Shown here: in pieces, positions 9,047 through 19,776 of the stretch
Position numbering within the stretch: the stretch's first letter is position 1
Layout of the letters: every line of letters starts with the position of its first letter
Assembly: GCA_043800905.1 (NCBI GenBank)
Contig: JAZDMO010000013.1
Span: 1 to 56,017 of the forward strand
Source of the DNA: Patescibacteria group bacterium
Lineage (GTDB): Bacteria > Patescibacteriota > Minisyncoccia > Phycocordibacterales > UBA12079
Direction: 5' to 3'
DNA: 56,017 bases
Program-made: the position numbers and the translations under genes
The notes under the pieces: model-generated
Databases searched by the model: none
The model's input: the letters and a program-made list of their open reading frames with translations, nothing else
What the model was told of the DNA's origin: nothing

Positions 9047-9667
9047 ATGAACGAAATAGATAAATTAACTGAATACTTCACCAAATTCCCTGGGATTGGA
9101 CAAAGACAAGCTAAAAGATTTGTCTATTTTTTATTAACTCGCAATTCAAGTTTTTTAAAAGAATTTACAGATTTAATTCTTTCGTTAAAAAAGAGTACTA
9201 AAATTTGTAGTTCTTGTTTCCGTTTTTATTCAGCTAATTCCAATAATTCTCATTTGTGTAATTTATGTTTAGATAAAAATAGAGATTCTAGTATCTTAAT
9301 GGTAGTAGCCAAAGATGCTGATTTAAATAATATTGAAAGGATCGGCGATTATAATGGTTCGTATTTTGTGTTGGGCGGGCTTTTACCTATTTTAGAAAAA
9401 AATCCCGAAGAAAGAATAAGAATTAAGCCCTTAATCAATCTTATTAAAGAAAAAGCTGAGGCTGGGGTTTTAAAAGAAGTTATCTTAGCTCTAAGTTTAA
9501 ATCCTGAAGGAGAAAACACTACAGACTATATTCTGAGAAGCTTAAAACCGCTCGCTGAAGAATACAAAATTAAAATAGCAACATTGGGCCGAGGTCTTTC
9601 TACTGGAACAGAATTGGAGTATTTAGATGACGATACTTTTGAAAACGCATTTAAAAATAGAAGTTAA
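9047..9667 (+). CDS. recR: recombination mediator RecR
   Basis: FPGIGQRQAKR HhH, C4 zinc finger, TOPRIM (PEGENT), GTELEYLD. Confidence 0.96.
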   Translation: MNEIDKLTEYFTKFPGIGQRQAKRFVYFLLTRNSSFLKEFTDLILSLKKSTKICSSCFRFYSANSNNSHLCNLCLDKNRDSSILMVVAKDADLNNIERIGDYNGSYFVLGGLLPILEKNPEERIRIKPLINLIKEKAEAGVLKEVILALSLNPEGENTTDYILRSLKPLAEEYKIKIATLGRGLSTGTELEYLDDDTFENAFKNRS

Positions 9668-9762
9668 GCCATTGACATAATTGGTTACATTGTGTATAAA
9701 AAAAGCAGTTTATTTTAAAGTTTGTCATCCAAAAATGATTTTCAATGGATTGGAGGTTTCTT

Positions 9763-10035
9763 ATGAATGAAGAACACAATAAAGAAGTTCTAGAATTATC
9801 TGCAAAAGAAATAACTGAGTTTGAAGGATTGATTCAGAATGTCAACATTCTTGATTTCGAGATACTTCGACGTTACAGTGATTTGTGGATGGAAGCAACT
9901 ATCGAGGACGTAGAAGTTGAGGTACCATTAAAAGTGAGGCTTTTTGAAATTATAAGAAAGTACAGACCTCACATAGCAAAATATGCCAGAGATTCATTCA
10001 GAGAAGGAGTGGATAAAACAACGGGGATTCTTTAA
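9763..10035 (+). CDS. hypothetical protein (orphan)
   Basis: TTGACA(9672)-17-TATAAA; GGAGG RBS before ATG 9763; terminator at about 10082-10122. Confidence 0.7.
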   Translation: MNEEHNKEVLELSAKEITEFEGLIQNVNILDFEILRRYSDLWMEATIEDVEVEVPLKVRLFEIIRKYRPHIAKYARDSFREGVDKTTGIL

Positions 10036-10192
10036 ATTGGTTCCGAGAATTGCTCATTGTCCTGTTGGAGGATGAGCTTGGGGCGGAAGTCAATTTGGTT
10101 TGACTCTTCGCCTTTCTTTTTTATCAAAAAAACAACGCAAAGCGTTGTTTTTAATTTACCATTTATAATTTAAAATTTAGAATTCTTTAAAA

Positions 10193-10513
10193 TTAAATCT
10201 TTGAGATTTTAATTTTAAAGTAAGGTTGTCTATGCCCTATTCTTTTCAAGTAATTAGATTTAGATTTAAATTGCATAATTCGAATTTTTGGGTTTCTGCC
10301 AATTTCTATCAATTCAGCTTCTACTTTTTTTCCAGCTAAATAAGGAGTTCCGATTTCAGTAGTTTTCTCATTATCTAAAAGCAATACTTTATCAAAAGTA
10401 ATTTTATCTCCTTCGGCGTATTCTTTTTTATCTAAAAGCTTTTCAATTTTAATTGTATCTCCTTCTGATACTTTATATTGTTTAGCTCCTGTTTCTATTA
10501 CTGCAAATGTCAT
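10193..10513 (-). CDS. rplU: 50S ribosomal protein L21
   Basis: FAVIETGAKQYKV, IGTPYL, GHRQPY. Confidence 0.98.
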   Translation of the reverse strand: MTFAVIETGAKQYKVSEGDTIKIEKLLDKKEYAEGDKITFDKVLLLDNEKTTEIGTPYLAGKKVEAELIEIGRNPKIRIMQFKSKSNYLKRIGHRQPYFKIKISKI

Positions 10514-10593
10514 AATGAAAGATATATTATACTATTTTAAATAAAAAAACAAGGCGAAACACTATTTTCTTTAGTGTTCCGCCTACTGAGTTA

Positions 10594-10788
10594 CTACCAA
10601 CCAATTTTTTGACAAATTGACTCAAGTCTGAATTGCCAAACAAGGATGTCTGTAGCCTTTCCATTGGTATATTTAAACTTTTTTAACGGTAAATTTACTA
10701 AAATTTTAAGATTTTTTTGGGCTTCAGGAAGTCTTTCATTTAGTTTTTTAACAAGAGCTATTTTTTCAATTAAAAGATCATTGGCCAT
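10594..10788 (-). CDS. hypothetical protein (orphan)
   Basis: GGAGGT RBS before ATG 10788; TGGACA-17-TATTCT promoter; terminator at about 10545-10585. Confidence 0.65.
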   Translation of the reverse strand: MANDLLIEKIALVKKLNERLPEAQKNLKILVNLPLKKFKYTNGKATDILVWQFRLESICQKIGW

Positions 10789-10940
10789 TTTTACCTCCAT
10801 AAATTAATAGTACTATTCTAAAAAATAGAATATCAAAACATTAAAATCTTGTCCAGAGATTGACTTTATCTTCGTTTTAATCCATTATAAATTTTAGATG
10901 TAATCTAAATAACAATAATCATAATAATTTAGGAGGTTTT

Positions 10941-11258
10941 ATGTCAGGAATTGTATTAATAAAGATTTATGGTTTTTATCGTGAAAGAGGCCTCGAAATT
11001 TCTAAAAAAATTAAGGAAACCTCTTTGTTTGATACTAGAATTTTTATAATGGGTGATAGTATTTGGGATGAAGAAGGAGAACCTCATCAGTTCTTGGAGA
11101 TTCATTGTTCTGAAGATTCGGTTTTTTCTGCTAGAGAAATAATGGGTCATTTGTACAAAATCGGAGTGAAAGAAGAAACTTTCATTACCGATGGAGGTGG
11201 GCGTTTTTTTGCCTATGAAAAAATAAAATCTAGTTCTGAATCTTCTGAAAAATTTTAA
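10941..11258 (+). CDS. hypothetical protein (orphan)
   Basis: TAGGAGGT RBS; TTGACT at 10860; terminator at 11343-11377. Confidence 0.7.
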   Translation: MSGIVLIKIYGFYRERGLEISKKIKETSLFDTRIFIMGDSIWDEEGEPHQFLEIHCSEDSVFSAREIMGHLYKIGVKEETFITDGGGRFFAYEKIKSSSESSEKF

Positions 11259-11388
11259 AAAAATTTATTTTTTTCTTAAAAGACTTTTTAGAGACACTTC
11301 AATATTTCAGTAAAAAAGAATAAATAATCTAATTGTGGATTACAGCCTGTTGTGTAAATATGACAGGCTGTTTTTTTATTTATATTTT

Positions 11389-11725
11389 GACTTAATGGTA
11401 AATTAATTTAAAAATTGTTGGACCTCCACGATTAGATTTTTATTAAAAAATCTGATCTCGCAGAGACGCTTCGTTTTTCGCCTTCCGTCATTGCGAGCGA
11501 TATCATGGCAACCTGCCTGCCCCTGCACGCCGGCAGGCGGGGGCAGGCAGGTCCAACATCTCGTCATTGCGAGAATAAATTTTCGCAAAAATTTATTCGT
11601 GGCAATCCAGCATCCCGTCGTCATTGCGAACCGAGCACTAAAAACTTTAATTAAAGTTTTTAGTGCTCGGTGTGGCAATCCAGAAAAAATTTTATAAAAT
11701 AACCTGATTAATTTACTATTAAGCT
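11389..11725. mobile_element. MITE, degenerate copy, filled with REP-like palindromes
   Basis: Ends GACTTAATGGTAAATTAAT / CCTGATTAATTTACTATTAAGCT; flanks TATATTTT / TACATTTT (7 of 8 match); interior homologous to 37165-37440. Confidence 0.75.
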
Positions 11726-11882
11726 TACATTTTTAATTTGTGTTTTCTTAGAAAATAAGTTACTCTAGAAATTAGTAAAGAGCTACCTTAAATAATTAAA
11801 CAAAAACTTCTTAATGTATAAAAAGGAGGTTGATATTTTCATATCTATTTTTCTAGCTTAATTTTTTAATCAAGGAGAACCT

Positions 11883-12458
11883 ATGAAAAAATTCCAATTT
11901 CCTAGTGTGAGAAAAATTCCCAACCGAAGAGAAACTCCTTGCAAAAAACCCACATCAGCAAAAAAGATGGGTTGTCGTTCGGCTTCAATTCAAACGATTT
12001 TGGGAATACCGGTTCATTCTCAAGACAAAAAACAACAGCCGAAAAGAAATAAACACAAAAAAACCTTGGTTGTTTTTGATGTGCAATCTTTAGACATTAA
12101 TACTCAAGAAAATTTAGCATTAGATTCTAATTTAGAAGATGCCGGTCAGAGTCTAATTACTAAAAAGGAAAACCGAGAGCCTAAAATTACTTCGTGTCCT
12201 GAATTTGTAGATTCTATTACGGTAAATGAAGTGAATTTACCCCGAAATCAGACCTTTACTGTTTCAAGAAGAGTTCAAAAAATGCAGGTAGACGGTTGTT
12301 TTCCTGCTGGAGGTGGTTATATCGATGATATTTTCCTGTGTGAAAAACACTGCCGTAGAGCTGACGGAGGAATGGTTCGTTGTTTTAAAAGAGATTCTCC
12401 GCCTAAGTTTAGAATTTGTTTGAATGATTGGTGTTTGGTAAAAGGGTCACTTTGTTGA
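11883..12458 (+). CDS. hypothetical protein, basic N-terminus and Cys-rich C-terminus
   Basis: AAGGAG RBS; terminator at 12490-12525; several Cys at the C-terminus. Confidence 0.7.
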   Translation: MKKFQFPSVRKIPNRRETPCKKPTSAKKMGCRSASIQTILGIPVHSQDKKQQPKRNKHKKTLVVFDVQSLDINTQENLALDSNLEDAGQSLITKKENREPKITSCPEFVDSITVNEVNLPRNQTFTVSRRVQKMQVDGCFPAGGGYIDDIFLCEKHCRRADGGMVRCFKRDSPPKFRICLNDWCLVKGSLC

Positions 12459-12630
12459 CTTTAAATAAAAATTTTTGTTTTTTTATAACAGCCCACCGTT
12501 TGGAAAACGGTGGGCTGAATTTTTTTCTCCATTTTGTTACGAAAAAATATACTCATTCATTTCGAATCATTGTTCGGGCATCATAATACAACATTAAAAA
12601 CAGCACATTAGTGCTGTTTTTAATATTGTA

Positions 12631-12716
12631 TGGTGCGCCGGGCAGGATTCGAACCTGCGTAGCCATATGGCGCGAGTTTTACAGACTCGAGTATTTGACC
12701 GCTCTACCACCGACGC
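12631..12716 (-). tRNA. tRNA-Tyr(GTA), CCA encoded
   Basis: Cloverleaf GCGTCGG...CCGGCGC-A-CCA; anticodon arm CGAGT-CTGTAAA-ACTCG; long variable arm; GGTTCGAATCC. Confidence 0.95.
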
Positions 12717-12815
12717 ATTATTTAGATATATTTAGAATATTAGTTCTTTAGCTAATTAGGATACATTCGCGAAAAGAATGTATCCTCAAAAGCTAATTTT
12801 CTAAAAGCTAAACTT

Positions 12816-15488
12816 CTATTTTGTGAGAATTTTTTCCTCTATTGTTTCTAAACTTTTTTTTGATCTTCTTTTTTTTAAAGAAAAAGTTAATTTTTCATCT
12901 TTTACTCCTACCATAATAATTCCTCCGCTCATCATATTTTCAGAAATCATTAAAGAAGCTACTGGATTCAGAATTTCATTCTGAATGAGTCTCTTTAAAG
13001 GACGAGCACCGTACTGCGGATTATAACCTTTTTTACTTAAATATGAAAGAGTCGAACTGGAAACATTAAGGGTTATTTCCCTATCGGCTAAGCGTTTTTT
13101 AACTAAATTAATTTGGATATTTACGATATTTTCAATATCTTCTTGTTTTAGAGTGTCAAAAACAATAATATCATCTAATCGATTTAAAAATTCTGGCTTA
13201 AAATAATTTTTAAGAGAGTCTATAATTTTGTCTTTAGCTGAAGCATATTGTTCTTCATCAGTATTATTACTAAATCCAATATTTTCCATTTTATCTACAT
13301 ATTTAGAACCAATATTTGATGTCATAATAATAATAGTGTTTTTAAAATTAGCTACCTTACCCTTAGCATCAGTTAAAATACCGTCATCTAAAACTTGTAA
13401 AAGAATATTAAAAACCTCGGGATGAGCTTTTTCAATTTCATCAAACAAAACAATGGAATATGGTTTGTGGCGAATAGTTTCTGTTAAAGAACCGCCATCT
13501 TCATGACCTACATATCCAGGAGGAGCTCCAATTAATTTAGAAATACTATGTTTTTCCATAAATTCAGACATATCAACCCTAACTAATGATTTTTCATTAT
13601 CAAACATAAATTTAGCTAATTGTTTCGTTAGTTCTGTTTTTCCTACTCCTGTTGGGCCTAAGAAAATAAAAGAACCGATAGGTCTGTTAGGATCGGAAAT
13701 TCCAACACGTGATCTTTTTATTGCATTACTAATTTTAGTAATGACAGCGTCCTGTCCAATTACTTTTTTCTTCAAATCCTCTTCCATATGATTTAATTTT
13801 TCTGCTTCTTCTTCTAACATGCGAGTAATTGGAATTCCTGTCCAACGACTTACAACTTCAGCAATTTCACTTGAAGTAATTTCTTCATTTAAAAGTCTCC
13901 CGCCTCTTTTTAATTTTTTCAACTGGTTAGTTTTAAGAGTTAATTCTTTTTCAGCTAGCGGAATTTTAGAATAACGAGTTTCAGCAGTTTTGGCTAAATC
14001 TCCTTCAGCCTCACTTTGTTCTGCTTCTAAACGCATTTTTTCCAGACTTTTTTTAATTTCTTTAACCTCAGCTAAAAGATTTTTTTCATTATTCCATTTA
14101 ATAGAAAGTTCTGAGGTTTTCTCTTTCAAATTAGCGATATCTTCTTCAATTATTTTGACCCTATCTTTATTCTTTTTGCTGGATTCATTTTTTAAAGCTT
14201 CTTTTTCAATTTCTAAACGAGTGATTTCCCTATCGGTTTTTTCTAATAGTGGTGGTTTATTTTGTAAAGAAATTTTTAAAGAAGAGGCAGACTCGTCAAT
14301 TAAATCAATGGCTTTATCAGGTAAAAATCTGTCAGAAATATAACGACTTGATAAATTAACAGCAGCAACAATAGCCTCATCAGTTATTTTTACTCCATGA
14401 TAAAGTTCATATTTTTCTTTAAGTCCTCTTAAAATAGAAATGGCATCTTCTATGGTTGGTTCGCTAACAGAAACTGGTTGAAATCTTCTAGTTAAAGCTG
14501 GATCTTTTTCAATATATCTTTGATATTCTTTTAAGGTTGTTGCTCCAATTGCTTGTAGTTCCCCTCTTGCAAGAGCTGGTTTTAACATGTTGGAAGCGTC
14601 CATGGAGCCGTCAGAGGCTCCAGCTCCTACGATGGTATGAATTTCATCAATAAAAAGAATGATTTTTCCTTCAGCGTCTTTTATTTCTTTCATAATTGCT
14701 TTCAATCGTTCTTCAAATTCTCCACGATATTTAGTTCCAGCAATAAGTAAGCCTAAATCTAAAGAAACAATTTCTTTATTTTTTAATGATTCTGGAATAT
14801 CACCTTGAGCGATTCTTAAAGCTAAACCTTCGGCCACGGCGGTTTTCCCTACTCCTGCATCTCCAATTAAAATAGGATTATTTTTTGTTCGTCTAGATAA
14901 AATTTGAACAATTCTCCTAATTTCTTCTTCTCGCCCGATTACAGGATCTAATTTGTTTTCGTTAGCTAAGATTGTTAAATTACGGGTAAATTTATTTAAA
15001 GCCCTGTGTTTAGAAATTTTCTTTTCATTAGAATCCCCCTTATCTTCTTTCATTTCTTTTAAGGTAAGATAAATATCTTTTTTATCAATTTCAAATCTAT
15101 TTAATAGTTCAGAAATATCACCAGGAATTTCAATTAGAGCTAAAAATAAATGTTCAACAGAAATAAAAGAATCGTCCATACTTTGAGCAATAGTTGTTGC
15201 ATCTTTTAAGGCCTGAGTTAATTCAGGAGTAAAATATATTTGATAGGAAGGAGCTAAGGTATTAGATCTTTCTGGTTTTTCGATTAAATCTAAAAGAGAA
15301 TCTGCAAACAAAATAATATCGACATCTAATTTTTCTAAAATAGAAATAACCGAATTTTCTTCCTGCAACATTATAGCGGTAAGTAAGTGTAAATGTCCTA
15401 CATGATTTTGGCCACGTTCAATAGCCAGTTCGTGAGAACGGCGGATAGCTTCTTTGGCTTTAGTTGTAAAGTTATTAAATGGAGGCAT
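12816..15488 (-). CDS. clpB: ATP-dependent chaperone ClpB
   Basis: Clp N-domain, two AAA+ modules ([16 protein letters not shown]) and a long coiled-coil middle domain. Confidence 0.95.
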   Translation of the reverse strand: MPPFNNFTTKAKEAIRRSHELAIERGQNHVGHLHLLTAIMLQEENSVISILEKLDVDIILFADSLLDLIEKPERSNTLAPSYQIYFTPELTQALKDATTIAQSMDDSFISVEHLFLALIEIPGDISELLNRFEIDKKDIYLTLKEMKEDKGDSNEKKISKHRALNKFTRNLTILANENKLDPVIGREEEIRRIVQILSRRTKNNPILIGDAGVGKTAVAEGLALRIAQGDIPESLKNKEIVSLDLGLLIAGTKYRGEFEERLKAIMKEIKDAEGKIILFIDEIHTIVGAGASDGSMDASNMLKPALARGELQAIGATTLKEYQRYIEKDPALTRRFQPVSVSEPTIEDAISILRGLKEKYELYHGVKITDEAIVAAVNLSSRYISDRFLPDKAIDLIDESASSLKISLQNKPPLLEKTDREITRLEIEKEALKNESSKKNKDRVKIIEEDIANLKEKTSELSIKWNNEKNLLAEVKEIKKSLEKMRLEAEQSEAEGDLAKTAETRYSKIPLAEKELTLKTNQLKKLKRGGRLLNEEITSSEIAEVVSRWTGIPITRMLEEEAEKLNHMEEDLKKKVIGQDAVITKISNAIKRSRVGISDPNRPIGSFIFLGPTGVGKTELTKQLAKFMFDNEKSLVRVDMSEFMEKHSISKLIGAPPGYVGHEDGGSLTETIRHKPYSIVLFDEIEKAHPEVFNILLQVLDDGILTDAKGKVANFKNTIIIMTSNIGSKYVDKMENIGFSNNTDEEQYASAKDKIIDSLKNYFKPEFLNRLDDIIVFDTLKQEDIENIVNIQINLVKKRLADREITLNVSSSTLSYLSKKGYNPQYGARPLKRLIQNEILNPVASLMISENMMSGGIIMVGVKDEKLTFSLKKRRSKKSLETIEEKILTK

Positions 15489-15629
15489 TTTGTTAGTAGA
15501 TTAGTTCGTCAGACAAACTTAGTTGATTAGGAGAAAAAATCACGAAGTGATTTTTTCTCCTAATCCTCTATAAACTATAAGCTAAGTTTACCTAAATTAG
15601 TATACTGATTTTATCCAATATGGTCAACC

Positions 15630-16553
15630 TTATTTATTAGAAATAGTCTTATCTACTGAAACCAATTTATCTTTAAAAGAATTAACTGGAATATAATAAT
15701 TTTCCTTTGATTTAAGACCAATCACTTCCCCATCTAAATTAATAAGAAGTTTCATTGAAGCTTGTGGATCTATATTAGTATCTATTTGTGTATTAATAAT
15801 TTTAGTCTTTTCTTCATCACTTTCTTTTGTTTTAGGAAGAATTATTTTATCTCTGGTTAGGTTAGAAATAATTCCTGTTAAAACTATATTTGTTTTTTCT
15901 CCTCCCAAAGCAACTACTGTTTGACCTAATTTTAAAGAATCTGAATCACCAAAAACAATTGGATCAAATTCTATTTTTTCAATCTTATCTTTCGGTGCTA
16001 ATAAAATTAGGTTATTATCTGTGTTCATCTCTAAAACCAAAATAATTTCTTGGTTGTTATATTGAAAATAATACGTTTCTGTAGATGTTAGGGGTTTATT
16101 ATCTTTATCATAAGAAATAAACTTATCTGAATCAGCAATCATTTTTCCATCACTAGAAATAATTAAACCAAAAGTTACAAATTTATTTTCAGTTGTTTCT
16201 TTAGGTAAAGGAGTTTTATTATCTTGAAAAAGGCTTACCTTTGGTTCTTCGGTTACTGGAATTTTCTTGTAAATTCTAACCAAAGACTGAGAATTTTTAT
16301 CAATAGCTTCCATAATAAAATCTTCATCACTTACAACCACAGTAGTATTGTTTTCAATCACGGTAGCTTTTTGTTCCCCTGGGACTACTCTTTCCACTGT
16401 TTTTTCTACTACCTTATGAATAGTATCTGTCACTACAGGTGGAGCTTGATTGACCAAAGAAACTGTCACAATTCCTGTAGCAATAGAAGTAACAAAGCTA
16501 GTTAAAAGAGTAAGTAAAATTATTTGTGTTTTGTTAAGTTCTTCTAAATTCAT
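15630..16553 (-). CDS. membrane-anchored HtrA/trypsin-like protein, catalytic motifs degenerate
   Basis: GLIISSDG, FGDSDSLKLGQTVVALG, TGIIS, LINLDGEVIG; lacks TNAHV and GNSGG. Confidence 0.8.
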   Translation of the reverse strand: MNLEELNKTQIILLTLLTSFVTSIATGIVTVSLVNQAPPVVTDTIHKVVEKTVERVVPGEQKATVIENNTTVVVSDEDFIMEAIDKNSQSLVRIYKKIPVTEEPKVSLFQDNKTPLPKETTENKFVTFGLIISSDGKMIADSDKFISYDKDNKPLTSTETYYFQYNNQEIILVLEMNTDNNLILLAPKDKIEKIEFDPIVFGDSDSLKLGQTVVALGGEKTNIVLTGIISNLTRDKIILPKTKESDEEKTKIINTQIDTNIDPQASMKLLINLDGEVIGLKSKENYYIPVNSFKDKLVSVDKTISNK

Positions 16554-16735
16554 AATTTAAATTATAAGGCTTTAGAAAATTTTAATCAAATTTTGTGGGT
16601 GTGAATAAAAATGCTTCAATCTTTTAAAAAAGATTGAAGCATTTTTGTATCATGTATTACGTATTAAGTATTAAGGAAAGGGCGAAGCTAAAGCTTCGCC
16701 CTTTAAAATAAAAATAACTAAAATACCAAATATCA

Positions 16736-16969
16736 TTAAAATACTGTTTTTTGAATTTTTTCAATCAAATTTTTCATTGCTTCAAGAGTCTTTTCAACGG
16801 AATCATACACAGCATTTGTTGAAAGTAGTATTGCGTGCGGGTGACCGTCTTTGTAATTGGTTACAGACCCTGCAAATAAACCACTTTTTTCGTCTTGAGA
16901 AAAAACTTCATAACGAATGTCATTGTTTGGATTTTGAATAGTTAGTGCTGTCAAACGACTAATTGTCAT
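16736..16969 (-). CDS. hypothetical protein (orphan)
   Basis: GGAAGGAG RBS; TAGACA...TATTCT promoter. Confidence 0.7.
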   Translation of the reverse strand: MTISRLTALTIQNPNNDIRYEVFSQDEKSGLFAGSVTNYKDGHPHAILLSTNAVYDSVEKTLEAMKNLIEKIQKTVF

Positions 16970-17052
16970 TTCATACTCCTTCCACTAAATAATTGTTTTT
17001 ATTAGAACTTTTTCTGTTCAAAAGAATACTTTAAAAAAATAAACTTGTCTAA

Positions 17053-18252
17053 CTAACTTTGATTAGCTATTTTTACAATTTCCTCAATTGCTTTAATGGC
17101 TCTATCTATCTCTTTTTTAGTGGTGGTTCGTCCCAAAGTAAAACGTAAAGAATTTTTGATTTCTTCATCAGACTTCCCTAGTGATTTTAAAACATAAGAA
17201 TATTTTTCTTTGGAACAAGCGCTTTTAGTTCCACAAGCAATTCCCATAGCGTCCAATTGGATAGTTGAAAATTCATTCCCGTTAGCCGGAATATATAGAT
17301 TTAAATTATTTGGCAAACGATTTTCTAAATTCCCGTTTAGTTTTACTTGAGGAATTTTTTTGATTATTTCTTCTAAAAAATAATTTCTTAATTTAATCAA
17401 TCTTTCTGTTTCAGCGTCTCTTTCTCGTGTGGCTAATTCCAAGGCTTTAGCAAAACCGACTATCAAAGGCACATTTTCTGTTCCTGAACGAAGAGAATTT
17501 TCTTGATTTCCTCCCGAAATGAGCGGATTAATTTTTATTCCTTTTCGAACATATAAAAGCCCCATTCCCTTAGGTCCATAAATTTTTTGTGAATCAAAAC
17601 TAATTAAATCAGCTCCTAACTTTCCTGCATCAATCGAAACATACAAAAGAGCTTGAGCTCCATCTGTATGGAAAAGTGGAAATTGAGCTTCAGAATTTTT
17701 TAACTCTTTCTTTTTGTAAGCCCGAATGATTTTAATAATTTCTTTAATAGGCTGAATAGTTCCAATTTCATTATTCACATACATCACAGAAACCAAAATA
17801 GTATTAGGACGAAGCAATTCTTTTAAAGAATTTAAATCTACTTGTCCGTTTTTATCAGTTTCTACTAAATCAAGCTTTGCTCCCCTTTTTTCAAAATGTT
17901 GAAAATAATTTAACACCGAAGGGTGCTCCATTTTAGAAGTAATGAAGTGCATATCTTTAATGTTAGTTCCCTCTTCTTCTAATTTACTGATGACACCCCA
18001 AATAGCCGCGTTGTTAGACTCGGTTCCGCCTGAATTAAAAATAATTTCATCATTTCTTGTCCCTAAAAGATCTGCAATTTTTTGGCGAGCATCACTCACA
18101 GCTTTTTTAGCAATTTGACCTTCTTGATGTAAACCCCCTGGATTTCCAAAATCCTTATCCCAATATTGATTCATGGCTTTCTTAACTTCCTTTCTCACAG
18201 GAGTAGCTGCTGCAAAATCTAAATATATTCTTTTATTACCTTTTTTAAACAT
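17053..18252 (-). CDS. iscS: cysteine desulfurase (IscS/NifS family)
   Basis: IYLDFAAATP, SGGTESNN, HTDGAQ, QKIYGPKG, RSGTENV, SACS. Confidence 0.93.
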   Translation of the reverse strand: MFKKGNKRIYLDFAAATPVRKEVKKAMNQYWDKDFGNPGGLHQEGQIAKKAVSDARQKIADLLGTRNDEIIFNSGGTESNNAAIWGVISKLEEEGTNIKDMHFITSKMEHPSVLNYFQHFEKRGAKLDLVETDKNGQVDLNSLKELLRPNTILVSVMYVNNEIGTIQPIKEIIKIIRAYKKKELKNSEAQFPLFHTDGAQALLYVSIDAGKLGADLISFDSQKIYGPKGMGLLYVRKGIKINPLISGGNQENSLRSGTENVPLIVGFAKALELATRERDAETERLIKLRNYFLEEIIKKIPQVKLNGNLENRLPNNLNLYIPANGNEFSTIQLDAMGIACGTKSACSKEKYSYVLKSLGKSDEEIKNSLRFTLGRTTTKKEIDRAIKAIEEIVKIANQS

Positions 18253-18321
18253 TCCTCAATATTATCATTTTTTAATTAAATTGTTTATAGAGTTAAAATA
18301 CTAAAAAAAACATCCGTATCC

Positions 18322-18363
18322 ATCTGTACACTTTTCAAACGACCGTTTGAAAAGTGTACAGAT
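18322..18363. repeat. palindrome with ACGACCGT core
   Basis: ATCTGTACACTTTTCAAACG-AC-CGTTTGAAAAGTGTACAGAT; relatives at 2991-3028 and 29570-29605. Confidence 0.75.
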
Positions 18364-18434
18364 TTTAAATATAGAAAAACTGCAGGAGCTCATTGTTTTG
18401 AGCTTCTGCAGTTGTTGTGTCGCGAAGAAAAAAC

Positions 18435-19082
18435 TTAGACCTCTGAAAGTTTTTGCTCTAATTTCGCAATTTTCTTTTCGTTTTCTTCAATTTCCGAATG
18501 CAGTTTTCCGATTTCTTCTGCGATCTCTTTTTCCGATTTTTCCCTTTCGGCAATCAGGAGTTGGTTTTTTCTGAGGTTCGTCAGAAGAACCACATCTTCG
18601 CCTTTTAATTGGCGGAAAATGCCATCAATAAATCCGTTAGAAAAAAATAAGCAATAATCATCATCTTTTTCGTCCATATATGGATAAGATTCAGCTGTTA
18701 TATAAAAACTTAAGATTTCAGAAAAATAAAATCTAAATTTCTTAAAAAAGAAAGAGTCGAGTATTTTTAAAATTTTTTCGTATGCTCTGTAGTCTTTATG
18801 ATCCTTGGGTCCTCCAACCTTGACACTGAAACACCTAAGACAGGCGTATATAGGAACCCTGAAGTGTTTATACATATGCACTCTCAGTTCGCAAACTTCT
18901 TTTGAAAGTGCTTCATAAAAACCATCTTCTATCATTGCTTTTTTATCTCCGTAACGGTTACAATTAAAATAATCATAAGTTAAATAAAAACGGTCATATT
19001 TATTACTTGTGCAATTACGGCGGGTTGAAATACAATAATCTTTCGCCACCCTTATCATTTTTTCTAATTTCTCTTCTTTCAT
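18435..19082 (-). CDS. hypothetical protein with C-terminal coiled coil (orphan)
   Basis: AAAGGAG RBS; TTGACA-17-TATCGT promoter; terminator at about 18375-18412. Confidence 0.75.
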   Translation of the reverse strand: MKEEKLEKMIRVAKDYCISTRRNCTSNKYDRFYLTYDYFNCNRYGDKKAMIEDGFYEALSKEVCELRVHMYKHFRVPIYACLRCFSVKVGGPKDHKDYRAYEKILKILDSFFFKKFRFYFSEILSFYITAESYPYMDEKDDDYCLFFSNGFIDGIFRQLKGEDVVLLTNLRKNQLLIAEREKSEKEIAEEIGKLHSEIEENEKKIAKLEQKLSEV

Positions 19083-19313
19083 TTTTTGTCTCCTTTTTAT
19101 TTTATTTTCAAATTACTTTCTTTTATTTACTAAAACGATATCAGATATTTATAATATTGTCAATAGATACAAATAATATAAAAATATACTGAAAAAAATA
19201 CAACCACCCTCAACTCTCCATTTCCCGTCTTCTACTTATTAAATTGCAAAAACTCACTTTTAATGTATAATTTTTACTTATAGTCTTAAGCGTAAAGCTT
19301 GTTTTTTTATATT

Positions 19314-19772
19314 ATGGAAATTTCTCAAGATATCATTATTTATATTCTTTTAGGTCTAAATATCATTTTGGTTCTTTGGATTAGCCGTCTAGAAATGAAA
19401 ACTCGAGATATTAAGATTCTCAAAAATACCAAAAGTATTGTAGATAATTTTAAAGAAATCGGAAAAGCTTTAGATGAAATAACTACTTTTGATGAAGAAA
19501 TCAAAAACAAGATTATTAAGATAGAAGAAAAAAATAAAGATAATATTCAAAATCTTGAAATTCTTCGTTTTAATCCCTTTAAAGATCAAGGAATTGGGGG
19601 TGACCAAAGTTTCGCTTTAACTCTTTTGGACAAAAAAGGAAACGGAGCAATTCTTTCTAGTTTATACGGAAGAGAGAAAGTAAGTGTTTTTGCCAAACCT
19701 ATAAAAGATTGGAAGTCAGAATACGAACTATCTGAGGAAGAAAAACATGTTTTAAATAAATTTAAAAAATAG
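19314..19772 (+). CDS. DUF4446-family membrane protein
   Basis: N-terminal TM; RFNPFKD..GGDQSFALTLLD, SEYELSEEE. Confidence 0.85.
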   Translation: MEISQDIIIYILLGLNIILVLWISRLEMKTRDIKILKNTKSIVDNFKEIGKALDEITTFDEEIKNKIIKIEEKNKDNIQNLEILRFNPFKDQGIGGDQSFALTLLDKKGNGAILSSLYGREKVSVFAKPIKDWKSEYELSEEEKHVLNKFKK

Positions 19773-19776
19773 AATT

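Noticed and set aside
11486-11692. Repeated GTCATTGCGA units as a possible CRISPR array
   Set aside because: The repeats are short and the inserts are self-palindromic and of variable length; no cas genes are present.
11403-11697. ORFs 11403-11678 (-) and 11491-11697 (+)
   Set aside because: They lie wholly within the palindromic MITE; the shared peptide RALKTLIKVFSAR on both strands is a palindrome artefact.
13228-14343. Antisense or alternate-frame ORFs inside clpB (also in cysS, infB, argS, dnaE, scpB and others)
   Set aside because: Shadow frames of well-supported genes.
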